The notes under the pieces were generated by a model. That model was not told the origin of the DNA. It saw only the letters and a list, made by a program, of their open reading frames with translations, and searched no databases. The translations under genes were made by a program, and so were the position numbers. A DNA stretch of 63,630 bases, the filler included, from Basidiobolus ranarum (lineage: Eukaryota), in the NCBI GenBank assembly GCA_040143965.1. It is 15 parts of 15 records of this genome, joined end to end, with 100 filler letters (N's around TTAATTAATTAA, not from the genome) between each part and the next. Parts side by side here need not be neighbours in the genome. Positions count along the whole stretch, not along the records: positions 12,782 to 16,939 come from JASJQH010002092.1; positions 17,040 to 21,192 come from JASJQH010002093.1; 13 more parts are not named here. One strand, written 5' to 3'. Of this stretch, positions 12,782 through 21,292 are shown one piece after another; within the stretch, counting starts at the first letter, position 1, and the number at the start of each line of letters is the position of its first letter.

Positions 12782-13301
12782 AAGGAGGTATGGCTGGAAG
12801 CTTTCTTTGGCTAGTATTTTTCTCAGTCCGACGCCTCTATTGGGCTCACGATACTTTTCATTTCCAACCGACCAGTTACCAAGTATTTATATAGTATTTG
12901 TGGTTTTGCTTTAACACCGACACACCTACACCATCTGTGTACATCATAACTCTAAACTTCATTCACTTACTTTTTCCTTGTGGTTTCATTGCCTTTGATG
13001 TGAGGTCAATTACGGCTCCTCATACTACTATTGTCGAGGCTTTCTGTTTGTCTGACTTGTAGTTATTGAGGAGTGACAAAGGAACCTCTTTGAAAAAGCC
13101 AACATTAATGAAATCCTCCAAAAGAAACGCAGAGTCAGGTTCCAGTTCATGAGTAAAGATGTACTTCAAAAAGGAAAACGTATGTGACATAAAGGTATGA
13201 ACGTTAGCTACAAGTAACCTGAATAGTGGAACATATTATGGCTTCCACCCAATACAAGCGATTGAGCTTTTGACTGCTATAATCTTTAGAGGTGGTTCCA
13301 T
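12782..13301 (-). pseudogene. Fanzor (eukaryotic TnpB-like nuclease) relic, internally deleted and cut by the contig end
   Basis: Hand translation from ATG 13301: MEPPLKIIAVKSSIACIGWKP*YVPLFRLLVANVHTFMSHTFSFLKYIFTHEL...FFKEVPLSLL...*GAVIDLTSKAMKPQGKSK*MKFRVMMYTDGVGVSVLKQN, then after a frameshift ILGNWSVGNEKYREPNRGVGLRKILAKESFQPYLL. These match Mucorales-type Fanzor1 motifs as I recall them. Confidence 0.8.
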
Positions 13302-14551
13302 AAGGCCAAGAGAGAAAGCGAATTGACTTCTTTTTTAGTTTACGGATAGAACAGTTTGTTTAGCAAATACTAGTGAGAGTGTGGTGGGTATATAATCAAA
13401 CCAGACTCTCTACAAATTCCAACTCATCCACTTTGAGGAAACAAACACATCATTACACACGTATATACATATTGCGACTATCTCCATAAATCTGCACTTG
13501 GGGTATTCTATTCGAGTAGATAGCCAGATATTGCGTCTATGGATCACATAGATGATCCCATTAACCATAAACCTTGACTGCCGGTGATAATTTCAGAGCA
13601 CTCAAATACTTCTCAAAAAATATCGTATCTAAACTTTTATTATCCATATAACAACAAAAACTTCTATAGTATGTGCTGTAAAGGATAGTAGAGGTCAAAA
13701 TATCAACCTTTGTTGTGTTTAATTCGATTATATCGGTAGCCTTAAGCGGAATCAAACAATGATTCACTAACCTGACTGCCGGTAAATGACTGGATCAAGA
13801 ATTATATGTATACGCTGTATGCTTAAGTTGAATGAATAGTTACAAAACTCTTCTAATTCCAACAGAAAAGATAGATCTTGCAGACTTGTAGTAATGTGGC
13901 AAACAATCATTTTACTGCCTGCTTCCTAATCACATGAATACCGTTTTCCAATATTTGTTATTAGCCTGTTATCATCCATGTCACGTGGTTAGAGCATTTC
14001 GTCTGAGCACTAAAACTTGGTGCATTGATAAATCCAATCAGTAACTGTAATCAGTGGGACGAATTATGCGTGAGTTTTGAACTAACGAGTTACACCATAG
14101 ACCTCCGTGTGGAGACAACCACTCGCCAGTACAACTCACTCAGTAAATACTATGAACAGTATCATGTATGGTGATGTTAGTATGTTACGTTTGGGGCTAC
14201 TTTGAACCTGTGCTGATTCAAGTAATAATCACACATTCTGTTTCCTCTTATCCAAAATGCGTTGAACATGTGATCGAAATCTCCAATTTTAGCTGGAAAA
14301 TATCACTAGTGTGTGCTGTAATAGGGTTAGAGTATCCAGTAACAAGATGTTAAAAGTGATACATTTACTTGGGAGGGAAAAATTCAAGTTCACTCCGAGT
14401 GGAGAGATGAGCAGTCAGTAGTTCGTCACAATCTTGCACGACGATTGACACTAATATTTTTGTGGCAAAGGAGTGGGATAAAACATATTCTATGACTGAC
14501 TTACTTTATCTCTTTTAGTAAGCAGCGTTTGTTCACAAGAAAGCAAGCAAT

Positions 14552-14558
14552 TATAAAT
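14552..14558 (+). promoter_or_regulatory. Candidate TATA box of the guanine deaminase gene
   Basis: TATAAAT 44 bp upstream of ATG 14596. Confidence 0.45.
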
Positions 14559-14595
14559 AGTGGTAGTCTCACTGTGCATTATCATCAGTCCAAAT

Positions 14596-15963
14596 ATGCA
14601 TCTTTACTCACTTGCTCTTATTTCTGCCGCCTTGATTGGCAATATCTCGGCCCAAAATGTGTTCTACGGCAGCTTTGTTCATTCGGTGAATGTAACCAAT
14701 CTGGAGTATGTTACCAATGGTGTTGTTGCCGTGGACAAGACTGGAAAGATAGTTCAAGTGAAGGCCAATGCAAGCGCAGCCCAAGCTAAGCAAATAGCTG
14801 CTAATTATGGTGTGAGCCTCTTTCCTTTGGGTAACCAAAAGTTTCTCATTCCTGGATTAATTGACACTCATATTCACGCTCCACAATATGTCTTTACTGG
14901 CTCTGGTATGGATCTCCAGTTACTTGACTGGCTCAACACGTACACATTTCCTCGTGAAGCTCGCTTTAATGACACAAATTATGCTAGGGATGCCTATAGC
15001 AAGGTAGTAGATCGTTTGGTTCGCGGTGGGACTACTGCAGCCAGTTACTATGCCACCATTCACTTAGAATCCTCGAAAATATTGGCAGATATTGTGGAGA
15101 AAAAAGGCCAACGTGCACTAGTCGGAAAAGTCAACATGGATCGAAACTCGCCAGATTTTTACATCGAAAACACTGCCCAGAGCCTGAAAGATACTGAGTC
15201 TTTCATCCAATATGTCTTGGGTAAAAACAATTCCCGTGTCATACCTATAGTTACTCCTCGGTTTGTCCCATCCTGTACTACTGAACTGATGAAGGGCCTT
15301 GGTAGTCTTGCTGCCAAATATAACCTTCCAATTCAATCCCATCTCGATGAGAACTTGGACGAAATTGCTTGGGTAAAATCGCTTCACCCAGATCAACCTG
15401 ACTACACTTCTGTATACGACGTCAATGGATTGCTAACAAATCGTACCATCATGGCTCATGTTGTTCACCCAACAGATGCAGAGCGTCAATTACTCAAAAA
15501 GCGTGGTGCAGGAATATCACATTGCCCAAATTCCAATTTCAACCTTCGTAGTGGTATCGCTAAGGTTCGTCAGATGCTGACTGAAGGCCAGAAAGTTGGT
15601 CTAGGCACCGATGTTGCAGGCGGTTATGGTACCTCTATCCTTAACACCATTCGTACAGGTTATTTCGCGGCAATTGCTCGTAGCTTGGACTACCCAGGCG
15701 ACAACTACCTAAAATTGGCGGAAATTTTCTACCTTGCCACTCTTGGCGGGGTCGCTTTACTTGGAATGAGGAATACTCTTGGAAACTTTGTGGTCGGTAA
15801 GCAATTTGACGCTTTGATTGTAGATCCTCTAGCCCACGAATCTCCCATTGATCTATTCTCTCATGATGATGTAAAGACCATATTCGAGAAATTTATCAAC
15901 AATGGGGATGACCGCAACATCATTGAAGTATTTGTTGATGGAAAATCTATTCATCGCATTTAA
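14596..15963 (+). CDS. GUD1: Guanine deaminase (amidohydrolase superfamily) with an N-terminal signal-peptide-like extension, 455 aa, intronless
   Basis: PGLIDTHIHAPQY, TPRFVPSCT, QSHLDEN, HCPNSN and GLGTDVAGG. The first in-frame ATG is 14596; the ORF-track start at 14560 is GTG. Confidence 0.95.
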   Translation: MHLYSLALISAALIGNISAQNVFYGSFVHSVNVTNLEYVTNGVVAVDKTGKIVQVKANASAAQAKQIAANYGVSLFPLGNQKFLIPGLIDTHIHAPQYVFTGSGMDLQLLDWLNTYTFPREARFNDTNYARDAYSKVVDRLVRGGTTAASYYATIHLESSKILADIVEKKGQRALVGKVNMDRNSPDFYIENTAQSLKDTESFIQYVLGKNNSRVIPIVTPRFVPSCTTELMKGLGSLAAKYNLPIQSHLDENLDEIAWVKSLHPDQPDYTSVYDVNGLLTNRTIMAHVVHPTDAERQLLKKRGAGISHCPNSNFNLRSGIAKVRQMLTEGQKVGLGTDVAGGYGTSILNTIRTGYFAAIARSLDYPGDNYLKLAEIFYLATLGGVALLGMRNTLGNFVVGKQFDALIVDPLAHESPIDLFSHDDVKTIFEKFINNGDDRNIIEVFVDGKSIHRI

Positions 15964-16542
15964 GGATTTTTATTAGATATCTTCATTCTCTCAATATTGA
16001 ACCTAGCTTACATCAATTACTACAGCTTAAGTTTCAAGATAAAAGCATCAGTGAATTGGACAGGGTGCGGGTGTTAGTCCAAATGAATTTGTGCAACGGT
16101 AACTGCTTTCCTGAACCAGCAATGCATTAAAGTTATACTAATAAGCATGTGTAGTATTCTAAATAAGAATTAGTATATTGATTGATCATGTAGCACAACT
16201 GATTTCGTGGTAGAGGTATTACTAACTGAGTAATTGCTTCCTGAGTATTGACCCTCACCAGTCTAGGCTGGGGATTGGGATTGAGTTGAACTGGCTAATA
16301 AAATGAGTTTGTAGCTTTGGATAGTTGTTCATTGCACTGAGGCTCTGTACAGGGAGCAAGTAATTCTGGTAACCCTGGGTTTAGTGTTACCATGTGTTTA
16401 GTTAATGTAGCATCAAGCAGATTGTCTTTATTAGGAAAGCATCCGATTCACCGGTGTATCTTGTGAAGAGAAAAGATATAAAAACGAAGAGAGCTACTTC
16501 CAATATACCATCAACCCACCATTTCTAAACAACCTAAGCATT

Positions 16543-16939
16543 ATGAAGAGCTGGTCCATTCTTATTTGTTTAACTTTTCTTCTTCAAGCGATACTGGTGA
16601 TTGCTAGCTCTAAGGATGTCAATTATGTGCCGCGCACAAACAGACCTCAAAGGAAAGTGAAAACCTCTCCCGTACAAGTGGTAACTTCTAGCAATGGAGA
16701 CGTACAAGCGATGCTCAATCTAGTTAACCAACAACGTCAACAAAGTGGCGCTGCTCCTCTCAAACTCGATGATCACTTGGTACAGGCAGCTCAGAAGCAT
16801 ACCGATTATCAAGCTCGTGTTGGACAAATGACTCACGATGAACCTGGAAGACCTTTAAGTACTCGAGTTACCGAAACTGGATTCAACTGGAGAACTATCG
16901 GAGAAAATGTAGCCCAGGGCTTTACTAGTATCGAGATGG
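16543..16939 (+). CDS. Secreted CAP/SCP (YkwD-like) protein, 3' truncated by the contig end
   Basis: Signal peptide MKSWSILICLTFLLQAILVIAS; MLNLVNQQRQQSGAAPL, AAQKHTDYQA, MTHD and GENVAQG; TATAAAA at 16477. Confidence 0.9.
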
Positions 16940-17040
16940 NNNNNNNNNNNNNNNNNNNNNNNNNNNNNNNNNNNNNNNNNNNNTTAATTAATTAANNNNN
17001 NNNNNNNNNNNNNNNNNNNNNNNNNNNNNNNNNNNNNNNA

Positions 17041-17684
17041 ATATTTCTCGAGTACCTCAAGATGAAATCCAGTGTTTCAAAGTCACTAAAAAGCTATTAT
17101 GGTAATAATGAAGATACGAATCCTTTGGAGTTAAATGCGGGAGTTCAGCATCTGGAAGGTCTTACTGAAGTAGAGTCGGTTACTAATGAAGAAGATAATA
17201 CTACTGATGTTGTTGTCGCAGGCGTTGCTACTGTTAGTTTTGCTGATGCTGATCCCGCTATTGCTCTTTCCCAAGCTAAGCGCAATTTCAAACTATTTGT
17301 TGATCGTGTTCGTGCTGTCCTTCAAGATGAACATACTTTTTCAAAACTTAATATGGACGAGAAGCAAAGATTGGATGCCGATTGTTTAAACAGCTCTGAA
17401 GAAACTTCCAAGAAAGAGTACGAATATCGCCGTGAAATGGTAGAAGAATTGGCAGACACCATTAAGTACAGACTGGCATTACCTTTCAGAAAATTAAAGT
17501 TCTCTAGCAAAATTAATAGACTACAATTTGACCAAGAATTAGTAAACAGTTTGAAGAGGAGATTCGGAGATGCTGTTTTAGTATTAGGCGACTGATCATC
17601 TGCGATGTGAAATCTCATGAGCCAATTAGAGGAAAAGGAATGCGACGTATGCTGCAAAAAGCAGGGTTCGAGGTTCTGTTTATT
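17041..17684 (+). pseudogene. Second Fanzor relic, with an Hsp70 C-terminal-lid-like insertion
   Basis: FLEYLKMKSSVSKSLKSYYGN...[insert]...LPFRKLKFSSKINRLQFDQELVNSLKRRFGDAVLVLGD*SS, then after a 1-nt frameshift DVKSHEPIRGKGMRRMLQKAGFEVLFI. TGA at 17593 replaces the Trp of G[DN]WS. Confidence 0.82.
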
Positions 17685-18559
17685 AGACAAAAGGTAAAGG
17701 TATCCAAAGACCAAAAACACCTAAATACGTGGTTTCTGTTTCCGGAATAGCTACAAGTGAGAAGAACTTGTAGTCCTAAATATTTAAGACAACTTGTTTG
17801 TTAATAAGTTTTCTTCGGGCACAAATAGAAATCGGAGTACCTTTCGTTTATACACCATCGCGGATACTTGAGAAATGAGTTTACGTTCTATCCAAGAAGA
17901 TCCTGAGCTGAGGTGACAATTTAAAATGGTTTAGTTTCAATATTCTTGTGCGTACATTTCTTTACTCAACAAGACTGATGCATACCGTTGGAGAGTTTTT
18001 TCCATGTATAACTTGAATGAAGACTCATCTGGGTTTGAAGCCAGAGCTACACCTGCTGTTATTAAGATTAAGAAGTTGGTTGTGTTTCCCATGACAGATA
18101 TCTCAAGCTACGTATTGTCAAACAGACGGCGACACTAATCTAGCAAGAGTAAATTGTCTCCTGAAATCAGGCAAACAATTACTTTAGACTAATATGGAAA
18201 TCCTCATCAATATGTGTAACAATGTCGATTGCTCAACGAAATAAACATCGTAGTTCAGAAATATCCTTACAAAATCAATGCTTATTAATGCCAAAGAGTC
18301 ATACAATGCCCCCAAATTCATAAAACAACCCCTCGGATCTCCCCAGTACACTAGTAGGAATATAGATTGAAAGGAAAAAAGATAATCGACATTCATGAAT
18401 ATTCTTTATAATTGCAGATTTTTCGTTCTAGACTTCAACCGACCTTCCTTTACACAGTCTACAGGTGCATATTACTTTTTGTTAATACAAGACTATATAT
18501 TAACAGTTATTTGATACTAATACATAATTAAAATTCAGCTTTAAATACAGTGTACGAGA

Positions 18560-19077
18560 ATGAATAATCTGCAACGTGTTTTTACCTTTGGCTTGTTGAA
18601 GCGTTCATTATATGCTTCTCGCAATTCAATCTCCATACAAAGATACTATTCATCTCAGATCAATGTTCAGTCTGAAATAGATAAAATCACCGAACTATTT
18701 TTTGAAGCAAGAGATGAGGTTGGTAGTCTCAAATTGATGGTCTTCTGTGCATTACTACGTATTTAGAAAAGAGTCTAATGTCGCATATTTGGCAAATAGT
18801 TAGAATACGCTACCGAGTCCAAGGGATCAGTCTACTATAACGACGAGAAAGCCGCTGCCCAAGCAGTTAGTACTACTCTTTCTCTTCACCTCCTTCTGTT
18901 TCTAACCTCATGAATTGAAATGTCTAGGCTGTAACTGATTGCTTAGATGCGTTTGATTCCTTGATCGAACGCCTTGACGACACGCAGAAATCTGATGTTC
19001 AGCGTAAGATTGGCTTGAAGATTCTTGAATTACGGTCTCAGCTTGATGCATTGACCCATGAAGAACTTCACGACTAA
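18560..19077 (+). CDS. Conserved uncharacterised mitochondrial protein (similar to plant/fungal 'embryogenesis-like' proteins), 3 exons
   Basis: Exons 18560-18718, 18800-18865 and 18928-19077 join in frame across GT-AG introns. Arg/Ser-rich presequence, then ELFFEARDELEYATESKGSVYYNDE...QRKIGLKILELRSQL. Confidence 0.8.
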
Positions 19078-19240
19078 ATCCACTGAAGTGCCACTCCACC
19101 ATATATTCTAAAGATGTTTTCGATGTAAAGATCCATATTTTATCATTAAATACGATAATTTTCAATAAACCTTTGTCCAACTACCATGTATATATTATAT
19201 TTCATGAAGCTTTTATTTTAAACACAACGGCGCAGCGGAA

Positions 19241-20139
19241 TCACAACAAACTCTGACCGCTTGGGTCCAAAACTTGCGAGAAATATTCTACTGGGAGTAT
19301 GCCATCTTTACCCTCGGATAAAATGACTCCGTTGGAGGATTTGAAGAACTGTATCTTATCCTGGAGGGCTTTCTTTAAATCCACGTAAATGAAAACGGTG
19401 CAGTTTCGCCTCATCCCACTGATTACTTTGTCCTCACCAAACAACCCACTTGCAAAATGAATATGATTACGTGACATTTTTGATAAACCAGTCTGGCCTA
19501 GATATTGAAGAGAGTGAGTGTCGATGGCGAGTGGGATAGTAAATGATTGATCTTACAAATTTGTTTCCACTTATCCAGATAAGTTCCATGTATAACATTG
19601 GGATATAACGCAGGATCCGTTATCTCCTCCAATTCCAAGCTTTGTATCTATATCGTGAAGTATTCGTCAGTTAATGCGCTCTGAAGTAACAAAAAAATTA
19701 CTCCAGCTACCTTGAGACTATGGCCCTGGTTAGCGCGTATCCACCACTTGTCTTTGTCATCCTTAATTAGAGTATATCGTTTCTTGTCGTTGTTGTCTAC
19801 AACCCTTTGAACATCTTGCAAAGAGTATTTTTGGAAGTTTGGGAGTTTAAGCTGTGGTTATGCAAATATTAGACAAAACGTGTCTGTATAATTGTTGAAG
19901 ATAAACACTTGAGATTTATCTACTTGAAATAGAAAATCTGTACTAACCAAGTCCTCAAGAGAAGCGTAACCATCTTCTCTCAAATTTAAACCGACTTTCT
20001 CTGCTCCATGTCGAAGTACAAAACTCAGACTTTTGGAGAGCTTTACATCCGGAGTGTCATTTTGACGACCTCCACCTCTACCTGAAGTTTGCTTTTTCCC
20101 CTCCGGATGATTTGTGTTGTCTGCCGACTTGGTAGACAT
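19241..20139 (-). CDS. TPT1: tRNA 2'-phosphotransferase (Tpt1/KptA), about 4 exons
   Basis: LSKSLSFVLRHGA, NDKKRY, IRANQGHS, HGT, RNHIHF, SGMR and NGVILS; GT-AG introns, the first at 19947-19852. Confidence 0.95.
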
Positions 20140-20653
20140 AAAAGCTAAAAACGTATGCTAACAATGGGAAATTGGGTTCAGAGTGAACTAAACAAAGACA
20201 TATAATGTTTCTGAATAAAATTCAATATTTATTTTACATCAGAAAATTACTACGTCGAGTATCATGATTTGGAACACTCCAATTTAGTGATTTTGTATAG
20301 TATGAAGATAACGCTATCTAATTAGAAAACGCTCATAACAAAGTCACAAAAAGTGGATTTGGAGGGCTCAAAGCGTTGCATGCAATTTTAACAAGCATCA
20401 CTTAGAAATTCAAATTACTTATTATATGCTTCACAAATAATTTGTATTTACAAATGCTAGAACGAATGAAGAGTCTTTCAGAACCATGAGGATTAAGAAA
20501 TGAGTGTGGATGCTGCTTTAATTGGTTACTTTTATCACAATAGCTTCTTAAAATGATAGTATTGCCAATGAAGTTGGATATGCAAGAGGAATAGAAGAGA
20601 GAAACAATGAGTATGAAAGTGTGGAAGAACCAACGGCACAAGAGGATGGATTC

Positions 20654-21070
20654 CTATTCCTTCTTGGGAGTTTCTCTGGGGGCTCTCAATCTCCAACCCT
20701 TCAGCTTTCTAGCACGGAGAGTGACTTGCTGCTGATGGGTTTCCTTACCATAATCGTCTAAGTTGGGCTTCGCTGGATATTTGAAATCGGTGCCCATTGT
20801 TACGATGGCTTTCTTCCAATCTTTATCACGAACTCTACGTCCAATACGGGGATCCATCTTCATTTTACCCTCATAGTTGACAGTACGAACATTCACCACA
20901 TCGATATTGTACACGTGGGATAGATAGTCTTTGATGTCTAGTTTGTTGGTCTTTGGAGGTACACGGAAAGCTACTTGGTTAGGAGGAAGGTTAGAGCGCA
21001 CCACCTTGAAAATTACGCTAGGAAAGAATATTTGCTTGTGGCCGAAGAGTTTTCTGCTGATGTTTGACAT
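20654..21070 (-). CDS. MRP20: Mitochondrial ribosomal protein uL23m
   Basis: VAFRVPPKTNKLDIKDYLSHVYNIDVVNVRTVN...WKKAIV; first in-frame ATG at 21070. Confidence 0.9.
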   Translation of the reverse strand: MSNISRKLFGHKQIFFPSVIFKVVRSNLPPNQVAFRVPPKTNKLDIKDYLSHVYNIDVVNVRTVNYEGKMKMDPRIGRRVRDKDWKKAIVTMGTDFKYPAKPNLDDYGKETHQQQVTLRARKLKGWRLRAPRETPKKE

Positions 21071-21292
21071 TGTTTCTAGGGGGTGACAATAATGAGGTGT
21101 ACAATGTAAGACGTTCCTTACAGTCAGGTCTATGGAGGGCAAGTTAACAACGATGTGGAGATGAGAAGTCGAATTGACTTGAAATGATAAAANNNNNNNN
21201 NNNNNNNNNNNNNNNNNNNNNNNNNNNNNNNNNNNNTTAATTAATTAANNNNNNNNNNNNNNNNNNNNNNNNNNNNNNNNNNNNNNNNNNNN

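Noticed and set aside
14560-14595. ORF-track N-terminal extension of the guanine deaminase
   Set aside because: GTG start adjoining the TATA box; the eukaryotic start is ATG 14596.
17062-17595. Stand-alone Hsp70 gene or pseudogene
   Set aside because: Only a lid-like segment is present, and it is flanked in frame by Fanzor motifs.
16543-17595. CAP gene linked to the second Fanzor relic, or two Fanzor relics flanking the guanase as one composite element
   Set aside because: A contig spacer at 16940-17039 separates them, so linkage is unsupported.
18560-21070. Functional cluster of TPT1 with mitochondrial genes
   Set aside because: Ordinary compact housekeeping neighbourhood; no sign of a shared pathway.
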